From: Raillietiella orientalis
Taxonomy: Eukaryota
Reading direction: 5' to 3'
Length of the DNA stretch: 64,000 nt
NCBI GenBank assembly: GCA_036172245.1
Contig: JAYWIR010000024.1
Location: forward strand, 1,116,001 to 1,180,000
A program made the translations under genes and the position numbers. Each line of letters begins with the position of its first letter. Position 1 is the first letter of the stretch. Below the pieces are notes generated by a model. The model searched no databases and had not been told where the DNA came from. It saw only the letters and a program-made list of their open reading frames with translations. Positions 49,971 to 62,865 of this stretch are shown here, one piece after another.

Positions 49971-51803
49971 TGATTTTTTTATGGAGACTCATGTAGAAGC
50001 TAACAGTGTTGTGTGAAAAAATTTTATTTTCAAAAAATCGCTTCAAGTACAAGCAACATATACAACAGACAAATTGCAGTTGTTCTATACTTAAAAGATC
50101 TCAAGACTATACGATCTAAAAATTGTAGGCAGTCAGCATATAAAATTTTGACTGATTGTTTAATTTTTTATTCATATTTAAACATAATTATATATTTTGT
50201 AAGAAACCACAAGATGTAAAGATATAAAATCAAAAGATTAAAATCTTTCGAATTGCATTGTAACTGCCGTTATCCTATGATCCAACTTGCATCTTTCGGT
50301 GATCATATTTAAAAATAAAGTGGTAGCAAATTTGTTCAATGTTTGAGAGTTAATGGATAACTGCTGATTATAAAAGATGAAAATCATTTTACCAACGCAG
50401 GGGAAATTAATTAGATAAAAGACATTTATAAAACACGAATTAAGCTTGGGATGCCAAATATACACACATATAACTTGCTGCTTCAATGGTGCAGTAGCAT
50501 CTTATGTAATTTATCATCCTTGCACTACATGAGCTGATCTTTTTAGTGGAAACCAAGACTTGAGCAATTTCTCAGCATTGCTTCACTCACCCTCCTCATT
50601 TTGTATTGATTTATTTGCTATTATTGAACTAAATATGCATCTCTATTACTAGCAGCTGCTGACATTATAGGCATGTAAATTTGCAATTACAGATGCTTTC
50701 AAAAGAAGAAAATCACATTCTACAAAACTATTTTATGAAACTTTGTTTTCACACACATTTGTTGAGAAACCTTTAACAAACAGCACAAAGATGGAACTAC
50801 TCACAATTCCTTTGAAGACATCAGAACTCCTAGGTTTATTGCAGCTTTAGTTAAAGCAACAGTTCTTTTGTGAAACTCTGTTGTTTCATGTTGCTGCACT
50901 TGGGATCAATAGTTTTAATTCAATTGAAAGGACAGCACAACTCTTATGTAATACAGTGTAATTACAACAACAAATGCTATCTCAAATTGTCTATAAGAAT
51001 ATCTAGAATAAGGATACAACAACTATGGCAGATTCCAACTCTGAAAGCTTTATGCCAACTTAACAGGTCTAATTTTGGACTTGGGTTCATGAAGACATTC
51101 AGTGACAAAACCTATAGCTAGATTTAAATGTTAAATTATATCACAAAGTGTCTTCAATAAATAATCTCCAACGCTGATGCTGATTTCTATTCAGCATCAA
51201 ATTCATCTGTTTCTTCCTCTCAATACATCTTAAGTACAAACACATGCTATTTCAAGGATCATTTAGCCTTTAATTCTTAAGAGAGCAAATTAGTACTGAA
51301 GGATTTCATGCAGCTTATTATGCGGATCTTGAATCTTTGGAGCACTGGTCATTTCTGAAAAACCGTAGTATTACAGAATATTGGAAACTTTAAATTTCTT
51401 CTGTTTGTCCAAAAACTTTTGTAAACATGAAGAAATGAAACAAAACAACATGGCTACATGTATGTTTGTTGCCACATCAAAATTAAATGAAAATGGCAAT
51501 TCTTCTCAAACAGAATAGTTCTCTTTGATTTAAAAATAGTCAATACTGCTATGCCAGATCCACTGGAAACTGATAGCCATGTGGATTTGAAAATCTGAAA
51601 TCTCTGGCCTAACGACACATGCACCTGAACATATTTACCCTTGCTTGCATCAGTGAAGTTTCAGATTGTAATTATGATTCACAACAAAAATTTGCAAATG
51701 AAAAAAATCAAAAACATGCACAAATCCAATCTCTGAAGTTTCGGAGATATGCACACTGTAAAATCAAACACATGGTTTCCCAATAAAATTTACCAACAAA
51801 GCA

Positions 51804-51809
51804 TTTATT
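51804..51809 (-). promoter_or_regulatory. Candidate polyadenylation signal of PCBD
   Basis: AATAAA on the minus strand ~70 nt downstream of the PCBD stop. The region is AT-rich, so a chance match is possible. Confidence 0.45.
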
Positions 51810-51880
51810 AGTATTTGTGTATCTGATTTGAATGCTGGCTCCACATTATGGCAGACCAATTGAGAACAGAAATTCTTTGC

Positions 51881-52186
51881 TCATCCTTTCCATAAATTCT
51901 CGATAAATGTGGCCATTTTTATGTCATTTTTGCTGAGGCCTCCAACATCATGAGTAGAAAGAGTTATATCTATCTTATTGTAGACATTGAACCATTCTGG
52001 ATGGTGGTTCATCTTTTCTGCTAAAAGTGCTACCCTTGTCATAAATGCAAATGCTTCACTGAAGTTTTTGAAAGTATGTTCTTTACGAATAGCATCTCTA
52101 TCTTTCAACACATTCCAGCCCTGCTCAATCAGGGGAGTTAATTCCACTTTTCGTTCTTCCTCGCTCAGTTTCTGACGCTGCGCCAT
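51881..52186 (-). CDS. PCBD: Pterin-4-alpha-carbinolamine dehydratase (PCD/DCoH), core 101 aa
   Basis: Uninterrupted ORF with [47 protein letters not shown], containing the catalytic HHP and STHD motifs. Confidence 0.97.
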   Translation of the reverse strand: MAQRQKLSEEERKVELTPLIEQGWNVLKDRDAIRKEHTFKNFSEAFAFMTRVALLAEKMNHHPEWFNVYNKIDITLSTHDVGGLSKNDIKMATFIENLWKG

Positions 52187-52355
52187 TACCTTACCGGATA
52201 CGTGTAAAAACGACTTGGGTGCACACCAGTTCTGTGCGACGTTAGGCCTTATGCAGAGATTCTTGCCGACGGACCAAAACCTTAGGCAGAAAAACGAGTG
52301 TATTTACACGGCTTCCTGAAACTCACTCAAGTGACAAAGTGATTTGCATATTCAT
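52187..52355 (-). CDS. PCBD: Probable spliced 41-aa N-terminal extension of PCBD
   Basis: Exon 52355-52327 (MNMQITLSL), a 46-bp GTGAGT...cctaag intron at 52326-52281, then 52280-52187 in frame without stops into the core ATG. Confidence 0.65.
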
Positions 52356-53757
52356 TCAACAAGACTCAAACACGAAAACGTATTTCATAGCTAACAACGG
52401 AGAAGAAACATACCGCACTATGCTCCTCATGGAATTATTTGAAACTAATCATGGAAAGCACCAATATCGGCATATTTGCAGCTGCTCTAAATCGTGCCGC
52501 GCGAATAGGGATGCCAGTATTCGTGTCGATCGCAAAACTATTGTAATCCAGTTATCAGTCAGCTGCACCAGTTTACTTCCAGTCAGCATCTTTATTTACT
52601 CATGTTTTATTAAGTGCATGATAAATAAGTAGGAAAACATTTGAAATTGGATACCAGTTATGGATGGCAACTATAAATCCACAAGAGAATGTACATCACT
52701 TGAGCTATGTAAACAACTTGTGTAAACAACAAGTATCTTGCTTAAAGTTTATATAAAGAGTTTTTCTTTGCAACAACCCACTGTACCAAACAATTCAAAA
52801 GATTAACAAAAGATTCACCTATAAGTTCAGTTCACAGACAAATCAATGGTCAAGAACATCAACCATTTCAGAAATCTTAAAAATAAGTTCCATATATCGA
52901 CATGGCGCTCTCTCTTAAGTCTGTCGCCTAATTTACCGAGATGCGTATTTGATGAAGTTTGCTTATTGAAAATCACGACGGGGACCTCGGCTTTACCAGA
53001 TGAGTTTCTAAGCAATCAGAATGTAAATCTACGAAATGATGACTTCATATGAAATGCTGTAAAGTAAGATTTTGTTTTCAATAAAAGATTTTTACAAAGC
53101 TCCAAAGAATACAGCATGCAAACGCTAAAAAAACAGAAAACAAAAACACAAAGAAGAAACAACAAAAGGAAGTCTTCGAAAGCAAAAAAAGAAAGAAACA
53201 GAAAAAGGATAGCAATAATTTCTTATACGAGGCCTTTAAAGGAATCTCTGAAATGAAATACATTCTGAATCAACATTACCCCAAAGGTATAAATGTTACA
53301 ACAAAACAGCCGTCAGGCAATTGCTAAAATATGACATCAAAATTATGGAGCAATCTTCACTGAAGAAAGCGCGCAGGTCAAATTTGTAGTAACCGAATGA
53401 TTAACTCTAGTATGTGATCCTGGGAAAGTGAAAAAGGTTTTCAAAAGGTTAATACCGATATGTCAAAAAAGGACAGGACGGACATTCTGATAGAAAACCG
53501 GAAACGAACCAGAAAGTACTGCAAGAATCGGTGCCTTTTTTTTTTTTTTTTTTTTTTCTTTCTCGACTTACTCGACGTTCTGTCGACGTTCGTTTCCTCA
53601 AAATGTCTGCTCGAGTCGCAGCTCGTAAACATTCTCTGACGGCAAAAAGCACAACGTCTGCGGTCAACGGACGATTGCGACTGTTTCCCGCGATTGTTTT
53701 CTTTTTTTTTTCTTTCTTCCTTCTTCTTCTTAACCGAGAGCTAATTATTCCTCCAGC

Positions 53758-53795
53758 ATGGCTTTGCTGAATAAACAAGACCAAGTTCTTCCAGG

Positions 53796-53848
<53 letters not shown>

Positions 53849-55285
53849 AAATTGCGAAACACCACCACCATCGACGTGTTGGTTCCACCATGCGCGCATT
53901 CGGCAGCGCCTTTCTCACACACTTCACGTTCTTCAAATGACACATACATATTTATTTTCATTTTTCATCAACCCTTATCGGAACTTTCAAGTATTTCAGC
54001 TTCAGGTTCTATTTCGTCTTTGTTTCGTCTCTAGATTTCTTCTTTTTCCTTTTTTTTTTTTTTTTTTTTTTGGCTCCGGCTTATTATTGAGTGCATAAGC
54101 ATTTCGTTACGAAACGTCCGTGGGAAAGCATGCAAATGAGGAATGGCAATGTAATACTGTTGCTTTTTGTATATTCAGGACTAAGACCACAAGTGGGTAA
54201 CTTAAGAGTTCTTGCACAGGTCGCTTCGCAGCTCCTTCCTTCACCTTAGGGGAAGATACGCGAGGGAGGCCGTCTTTTGTTTCTGGCGAAACTTAAATGC
54301 AAGCACGGAAATTCGGATTTCATTCTGTCGTTCCTTCCTCGGTCCGCTTCAATGCTAGAACGAATTTTGTGGTTGGAAAGCCCAAAGGCTGGGCAGCTGC
54401 AAGAAAGATGCCTATGAGGATGCTGACACTCTGATGGACACCAGAGCGGACTTTTTTGTGTGTCACCTGGTTCCGCTTTCCATGCCTTCATCTAGGCTTT
54501 TCGTTCTTGTTTCTTTCAGTCTTGCCTTTTTGCTTTTCTTTTTTAGAAGGTAGTTTTTTCACTAATGCATCGTCGTGCATGAAAGATTCTAAACATGAAA
54601 TCACTTTCCGCGAACAAGCTATTTGATGCAACCGGCTTCTGAGACTAACGAACTGAAGATTTCACCTCTGCTGCGAGTCAGAAGGAAGAAATAAGCTGAC
54701 CGACCATGGAGCTTCCAGAGAATAGAAGGAGTCACTGAGCCTCTTCGGCGCTGGGCTTCTTTGTTTGCTTTAGGCAAAGTTCGTTACGGGAAAACGTCGA
54801 GGTTCATGCCAAGCGACCGTAGGGACGACGGCTCTTCTATCTTTCGTTCCCTGTGAAAGGTAGGTCTCAACCCCCAAAAGGAGCATCCAAGCTGCTTCCC
54901 ATATCTATCTCACCGCATTTCGAAACTTAAAGGGATCCCAAGAGGATAACCACACTCCATAGGTCGGAGACAGATACACTTTAGCTTCTTTCCAAAAGAC
55001 CTGTGAGAAAGACAGAGAAGAAGATGTGAAATAACATGGGAAGAGTGCTACTTGGCAATGAGATCGAAAAACCTCTGCGGTCCAGTAGCGAAACGATCTT
55101 TACATTCGTGGTGTGAGAACCGAATCCGTCGCAATGTGTGATGATGAAATGGAGCAGCGGTCTCATTAGAGTTTGAATATTTGAGGATGGAAAACGAACT
55201 CCCCGTAATTTTTGTTCATCTTCGCAAATGCGTAATCCGTGACAGAACAAGCAAACACCTTTTTTTTTTTTAAAAAAAACCAGCG

Positions 55286-55318
<33 letters not shown>

Positions 55319-56193
55319 CGCTGGTTTCAAGTAGAAAGACTCGTCTGTCGCAGTTTGGTCTTTCCTCTCTGGTGGTTGGGAAGCAGCCACGAAAAGAAAA
55401 AAAAAAAAAAAAGGTAGGTGGCTCAAAACAAACGGACGGAGAGTTTTGAGCGTACGAACTGACGACGGTTCCATCGGTGTTCAGCAGCTGGAACAAGATG
55501 CTCGTTGTGACGGAAGCTGCGTTGGGAAGCAACGCCTTTGGGAAAAAGGGCGTGTGAAACTGAGAGCTTTGCAGGACTGAGCACAAACAGCGACATTCAT
55601 CCGAAGATACCATTCGCCCGTGTGTGCGGTTCTCGTGGAGGCACCTCCGTTCACGCCGTTTCCACCCGAATCGATTTATCATTTTTACTACTTGGAGAGC
55701 CCAAAAGCGCAGTTACTCTTAGGCTGCTGATAATATGGAAGTCCGGTCACGGCAGAGACGGAGATTCTAATTATCTCGTGGAAGAGCGCGCTGGTGCTTT
55801 CCGTTTAATCCACTCGCGCCGTTTCACGTGGGTCCATCCCGGATTTTCCGGAGAGGAGCAGCCAATGAGCCCGACTTCGACAGTCGCACACCGAGTCGAA
55901 AAACCGAGTGGGAAAGGAAGACGAAACCAAGAAATGCGGACAAGTGTTCTGAACGGCGGAACACGTTTCTGTTTTCAGTGTCACTCGCTTTATAATAGAT
56001 GGAACACTAGGGGAGACTCTGGGAGGGGCGGGATCGATTTTCAGCGTCGCCGGAAGACGCGAAGCTCTCATTTTATGCTCCGATGCACAGCTTGAGCCTG
56101 AAATTTTCCCCGGGGAACACCGCGCCTAGAGCCGGTGTTTTTCCCCTTCGTTTCTACCTTCGGCTGCAAGATCCACACATGAAATTCGATCCG

Positions 56194-56227
<34 letters not shown>

Positions 56228-56325
56228 GCGTGCATAAGGCGAACAGCCTAGTGGGCGAAACGCAGGCAGAGAGGTACCTATCGAAGGGGGCCACCGAGGA
56301 GGAAGACGATTGGAAGAAGTACTGA
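53758..56325 (+). CDS. Candidate small spliced ORF (~45-51 aa), unknown product
   Basis: Exon 53757-53798 (MALLNKQDQVLPG, phase-2 donor) can splice to a strong (CT)n acceptor at 56229, giving GVHKANSLVGETQAERYLSKGATEEEDDWKKY*. An optional 18-nt symmetric exon lies at 54179-54196. No family recognised. Confidence 0.35.
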
Positions 56326-59300
56326 AAAAGCCCACTGCGGTTGCTGGGGAGCCCCGGGGAGAGCGCGCCTCGCGTGGCTGGGGACAACGTGAGCAGCTCG
56401 GACGCCTGCTCCTGCTGGTGCTATCACCACCCTGGACGCTGCCGTTGCTCCTGAGAACACATACGCACAAAAGAGGAAGAGCGAGCCGTCCCGTCGTTGC
56501 CACCTCAAGCCATTCAGTCCACCAACGAGCGCATGCTCCTTGGAGGACTGGCGCGAGGTCGGTTCGCCAGGGGTTTTTTGCAGTCGGGAAACTCGGATCG
56601 GCTTGTCTGGCTTGTCAGTGGTCCGTCTGCGAGTTGGAGGGGGGGCGGGGGGGAAGAAAGATAAGCAAAATATAGAAAGTGAACGGCCAAGCAAACAAAC
56701 AACGCTTAAAAAGAGATTCGCAGTAGTTTGCCGAAGATTTCATTCATTCCCTCGTTCTCCCGTGCATGCAATTGAGGATATCGCCTTACCCAATTTTTTC
56801 TGGAGGACAGCTTGGCTTCTGGAAGATCCTTCAAGCCTCTTGCTTGCTTGAAATGCAGCTCTTCATTACAGTTTTTATTTTCGAGAACTGTGACTCCGGG
56901 GTTCGCTCAAGGCCCCATCCCTATGGAAACTAACCAGACGCGATGTTTTCCGGCGCCTCCATTTGAAGTTCGAAGTGTTTACTCTGGGAGTTCTCGAGGA
57001 ACATTTCTTAGTTCATCTGTAGCAGTGAATCGTACGGAGACGCTTCGCGTTTTCGAACCCCGCGCAAACTTGGAGAAATCACCCCTCCCTGAAACTGCTT
57101 TGTAGCTTTCCAAGAAAAATGAGAGGAACCCTCGATTTTTCCCCACGATTCATCTTGTTCCTGGTGATGAGACTGTTTGGAGAAAAAGAAGCTGCGCACC
57201 GGGGAGCGTAGGCAGAGCAATTGCCAAACGTTTTGAAAAAGGCACCATGGAGTTCCAGGATGTGGAGAGTGGAACGATCCAGCAGCCGTCTGAAAGAAGG
57301 ACCGGCTAATCACGATGCAGGAAGGACAAGACTGCGCAATGATTAGATAAACAAAGACGACGGTTCTAAAGCTCAGCACTGTACAGAATAGCTGAGCAGT
57401 GTTCTCTCCGGTAGGAGAGCGTACCAATACGAGAAACAAAGTTTTATTTCTGATTGCTGTCAGGTAGACCAGAAGCACTGAGCTTTTGTCTAAGTCCACA
57501 AAAGTGATAAAAGGCGATGATTCAGTCCGATTTCTCCGAGGATGAGATGGCAAAGAGTGCATGAAAGATTGTGCAAAACAGTTTCCCGGTAGCTTATTCT
57601 CGCCGTTTCCTGTTGCTGGTTCCCGGAAGCGTTTTCTGTCAGTGGAATCGCCGAAATGGTCACGCTAAAGTCCGAGACGGAGGCACTCTAAAAAAAGTGT
57701 AGAACTGGATCCTCGTCTAAAGGAAGAGGTTCTTGCGATGAGGTCATTGCAACTTTTAGTTAACACGATCGGTTTCTTTCAGTGGGGCTGATTCGAAGGC
57801 TGAACCAAAGAGAAAAATCGATTTCTTCGTGACTCTTAAAGAAAATAACTCTGTGCCGTCACGCACGCTTATGGTCCATCTCCATCGTAGCCAATGGAAA
57901 CCTCTCCCAAGTTTCCTCGGTTTTCGTGATTCCATGAATTCTTCCGTGTTTTCGATCAACCGGCAGCAGCATCGGATGCATGCAATTCAGATAGCCATCT
58001 GGAAGAGCTGCTGTCGGAAGCAACCTGAAAAAATTCGAAACAGCGCATGCCAGCGACTTGTGTCAGCTGTTTGGAAGTTTGCGTAAGTTCAGCCTCTCCT
58101 CCTTGCTTAGAATGGAGGTCATGGCGCAGATGCTTGGGTAATCTGCTCCGTCGAGAAATGACGACCGAGGCATCCATATTCGTCGTTAATGTGGAGGATT
58201 TCCTACCTCCTGAGTGTACAAGGGGATCAAATTTTCTTTTTTTTTTTTTTTTTTAAAGAAAAAAAAAAAAAAAATAGAAAACATATACACACGAACGGCA
58301 TGTACACGAAAAAGTCAGATGGAAACGGAACTAAATTGCGGTGGGCTGGAATTAGAAGTGCTGAAGTGTTCCGAACGGAGGAAACTCCGAAGAGGGAATC
58401 TTCAGAATGTTCGAATCTTCAAGAATCCCGCAAAACTTGCAAAAATCCGGGGTTGGCCGGCGAGGCACGCAGAAGCAGTTTCCGGTCTTTGCTGCGTTTG
58501 GTGTCTCCAAGTCTTCCCAGGTCACCACCACCGTACCCCTCACATAAGGATGACTTCGTCCAAATGCGATCGAAAGCCTCTCGATCCACCAATCGAAAAG
58601 CATTCAAGCAGAGGAATAAACATTATTTTTACATTAAAGCATTATTTTCAGCGTTGCTGGTATTTCAATGTCAAAGGAAAGATCTGCTGCGAGAGATCCT
58701 GCCAAGGGAGTGTGCAGTGACTTCATATTTTTTTTTTGTGTGTGTGTGTTTAACGAAAGCTTCAAACGATCTGATAAAATGGGCCGACGCCGATAGCAGT
58801 TAAGCAGTGCCGCTGTGTCCCTATTGTGGTTGGCACCTACTCAAAGTCACGCACTAAAAAGGTTGCGCATGCCTATCTTCCGAGCCTACTCGGGACAGCA
58901 GCTCGTCACAAGTTGCGCCTATGTCCCGAACGATGCTACCGTGGCGGAAAGTCGTAATTTCATCTCCCGAATATTCTTAAAGAATCCAAGATTCGTGGAA
59001 ATCGACTTGATAAACTGATACGCTTGGATCCTCTGTAAGGAGGAGCACAGCGGCGCTTACCGCTCCTTCGCCATGGCAACGGCCAGATTCTAAACGGACC
59101 GAGGATAGCGGGAAGCTACGCCTCGGCTGCGGGGAAGCTGTGAGGTCTGCACCAGCGCAAATCGACATCCGATTTGCCTCACGAAACAGTCTTTGAAAGC
59201 CGGGCATCCACACGGCGGTGCGAATGTGAACTTTAGGGTGTAATAACCTCGGGGGATGGCGTGCATGAACTGTTATGTGGCCCCGCGAAGAAGCCCCCGA

Positions 59301-59599
59301 AGAATGGGATCCTTCGTTGCGCAATACATTCTCAACTTTCGGTCCAGAAAGGAAAACTCCAAATGGAAAATCGATGCCGCTTTCTGTTCGGCTCCCCGCA
59401 ACAGCACGAGATCCTGTCTTTAAGGTTGGATTCCAGCGTCGAGTCTTCGCACGTGAACTTCCAGAACCTCGATCGCTGGGGAGCGGTAAGTCAGCCTTGG
59501 TTAAACACTTCCGGGTTCCGGTTTCTCCGCGTGAGTCCGCTCCGAAAACAGCTCCCCACACACCACCAGAGATGCGCGCGCACTGAATTTCCCCCCACC

Positions 59600-60100
59600 T
59601 TCGTTTCTTCGTTGCTCTGGCGAATGATTCGAAGGAACCCCAGTGGGTGAGCCCCCTCCCCAGAGGAATAGGAACTCTTCAGGTATGCGGAGTTGTCGTG
59701 TGCCGGGGTCTCGTTTGCCACTCGTGCTTTTCGGCCTTTGGGTGACCGTGATGTCAGGTGCGACTTTCGTTCTTGCAGCAAGACCTTGGGCAAACGATAA
59801 GCGAAATCCAGTCGGCAGCGAGCTTCAAGATGCCCGGCTGCAACCACGACGCCTATGCGTAGAATTTTGAAGCTTGGGAAAGACTCTAAGGAAGGAGAAG
59901 AAGAAAGTTGGAATAATTTGCGTAGCAATAGAATTTTCGAGTGGATCCGTAATGAATGGGAGGAAAGAGCGCCGAAGGTGATGAGAGAGTGGAATTCAAC
60001 ATTCAGTTCGGAGGAAGAAGAAGAAGAAGAAAAGATCTCGGATCCTGCCTCTCGCGGAGATATGATCGTTAATTTTGACAGCCGCCCTGCAGAAAATTTC
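59600..60100 (+). mobile_element. Possible R2-like N-terminal (zinc finger/Myb) remnant
   Basis: VRCDFRSCSKTLGK resembles a C2H2 finger start, followed by NLRSNRIFEWIR resembling the R2 Myb-like helix. Weak. Confidence 0.2.
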
Positions 60101-61178
60101 ATTTCCTAGAGGAGGATGCGCGTGTATCTCCGCTGCTTACGTCACTCGGTGGAATCCAGGGTTGTGCATCTGCTTACTGTCCCCAGGTCAAAGGTAGATT
60201 TATTTCTATTTTCACAACAAATGTTCAATCTGAATGGTTCCAGAACGGATGCTGTTTTCGTTGGCTGCCGACCACGACTTCCCTCGGAGATCAGATCACC
60301 CCAACAAATTGCTTGTAGGGGGCTCCATCCCGCCGAAACCTCAAAATTCTCTGTTCGGAAGGGTTTCGTGATTACCTTCTCTTGTTGATCTTCACGTATT
60401 TCTCCATGCAACCGTGGCTTCCTGCACTACCATCTCTCGGGCTAGATTCCTACCTCAATCCTTCAGGACTGGAAATTTGGAGCTGACCTCTCCCCCCCTT
60501 CCCCCCCGTGAACACGGCAAATGAACCTTCATCCCTTCCTGTTTCTTGTTTTTGCGTGCGTGTGATCTCAAAAACAACCTTAATTGAAAGCGAAACTTCT
60601 GATCTTCGCTTTAATTCGATGGACAATGGTTTTGAGGAGTCATCCCGCTCCTCGGCAGGTTTTTTTTTTTTTTTTCCCGCCATGCCCGAGGACTCGGAAT
60701 GCGAGTGGTCAGGTTCCTCCCCCGTGCCAGTCCTCTTGGTTTCTCCAACTCTTTCATTTATCACCGCATAATGTGTTTTCACTCCTGCCCGGCCGTAGAG
60801 AGTGGACCGGGGGGAAAATGGATCGGTTTTAGGAAATTCCAGATCGTTCAGCGAGAATCAGGGATCGGGACAATTAACGTGCGGAAAACAAGAAACCGGA
60901 GATCAAACTCCAGTTTCCTTTCGTGTCGGGTTCACGGGAATGATGAGCGGGATAGGCAATTACGGGAACAGGAAAAAATTAAAGGCCATTAGAAGGATAC
61001 CTTCATCCGCCTTGGTTCTTCCGCAGGCAAAAAAGTTTTGATGGTAAATCACGTAAGATGCTGCGGATGGGATTTCCGGCGGACAGTGTGAATGGGACGA
61101 CATTATCAGAAAGCGCGAGGAGTCATAAAGCTTGAGAGGAGCGTAATCGTGCATCTGGATTCTTTGGTATGGCAACGC

Positions 61179-61268
61179 GAAGCATCTGCAACCAGGGGAT
61201 TTATTTCTGTCGACCTCTGAGGGAAAGCATCTGCAACCAGGGGATTTATTTCCGTTGATTCCCGAGGA
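61179..61268. repeat. Tandem duplication, ~46-bp unit x2
   Basis: AAGCATCTGCAACCAGGGGATTTATTTC occurs twice in tandem. Confidence 0.9.
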
Positions 61269-62696
61269 TTTTGGAAGCTGATTTTTCCCTCTAATGAAAT
61301 CTTAGGTGATTCTTTGTCGCCACGCTTGAACTGAGGGAATGGCAGAGGCGATTTATTTTCCTCCGGGATCGGATGGCATCCCACGAACGACGGAGAATTT
61401 CATCTCGCGAGATGGGTAAGTGAAACTCTCTTCCAGGATGCTTGTGAAGTGGCAAAAGCTTCCTTCTTCCTTTTTTTTTCCTTTTTTTTTTTTGTGTGAA
61501 CCAATGATCCAGCATATTTTCCTCATTCTCGCTTTGCTGCTGACGTGCTGATAGTGATCTGTAGGTTTCGTAACTTGTAGCTGTTTCCTTCCTTCAATTG
61601 ATTACAACAGTGTTCAAGGTCATCGCCACCACACAGCGTTGATATGTGATATTCAATTGCAAATGCGAAACTATTTCCGAGAATGCCATCGGTCGAAAGA
61701 GTGTTCCTCCTTCCTTCCCTCCATCCGTTCTGCTCGATTCCGGAATTCGGAAATCGGATATTTTTCAGAGTTTGGTAACAGTGTGCGTTTGTTTTTTTGT
61801 TTTTTTCGGGTGTGTGTGTGTGTGTGTGTTTTCCGAACACTAAGATCGACGAAATAAAAGCATTTCCTGTAGCAGTGTTCAGCCTTTTTTTTTTTTTTTT
61901 TGATCAGCAGTCCATGCTCGTATTTTTGTGAGTGCTACGTTACTATTCCCACAAAACAAGTTTTATGGTTACCATATGCTGACTTGCAGTCGGGAATAAT
62001 GAAAGAAATTCCTCCGAGTTTGTAAAAATACTTTCACGTGGTTCGGCAGGAAAGGAAAAAAAAAAAAAACTTTGTGTCAAAGTTCCATCATCTTTAAATA
62101 AAGTGCTGTAAAACGCGTTGTCGGAGACGTAAAATTTGATATAGTGGAGTGTGCAGAATTACAAAGTAGCAACGCTGCGAATCGCCTGGCTCGAATTCGT
62201 GCAAAACCGATGCCTCCGTGGAGATGGGATGATGCTCCGTGGCCGGATGCCTCATCATGTACCATCACGTGATGGTTGGCGCCGTCGCGGTGTACAGAGA
62301 GGATCTTTTTACGACTCGCGAACAGAACGTTACACGGAAGTTCCATGTCGGGCACGTGGGATGCGAAGAGCGGAATCTTCAATTGAACACCATTCGGAAT
62401 TCGGAATTAATCTGCGAGGAAATACCGACTCATCTTTATCGCATTCATCCTTGAGGGCATGTGTGCAGTTTGGACGAGTTGGAGAAACTTCCCGTTGCTT
62501 CCGAGAGACACAGAGTCCACGACGTTCGCACTCTCGTGATCGCCTCTGCAATGGGCAACAGCTCTTTTCTCGACATTCCAACCTCTCTAATTTCTAGTTG
62601 ACAAGGCAAAGAGTCTAAGAAATGCCATCATCAAATGCTGGATTCTCGGAAGATTAAATGAAAATTTGGTTTCCACTTTCGCATTTCCAGTTTTTC

Positions 62697-62733
62697 TTCT
62701 TCTCCTTCTTCTTCTTCTTCTTCTTCTTCTTCT
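62697..62733. repeat. (CTT)n microsatellite
   Basis: Seen directly. Other simple repeats: (GA)n ~201-216, (CT)n ~56197-56224, (GT)n ~61810-61828, poly(A) 53801-53845. Confidence 0.95.
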
Positions 62734-62811
62734 ACCAGAAGAGCCTGGAGACGCAGAAGGAAATGCCCACTTGAAGAGCAGGTTTACCGCAAGAAAGCGC
62801 TCGCATTAAAG

Positions 62812-62865
62812 TGCACCGAATTTAAGTGCACAGCGCAAGTGCACTGTGCACTTAAATTCGGTGCA
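62812..62865. repeat. Perfect 22-bp inverted repeat (hairpin)
   Basis: TGCACCGAATTTAAGTGCACAG (62812-62833) and its exact reverse complement (62844-62865), 10-nt spacer. Confidence 0.95.

Noticed and set aside
53801..53845. Long poly(A) as a retrocopy tail
   Set aside because: It directly follows a GT donor, and long homopolymers are common throughout the window; no TSD or processed gene seen.
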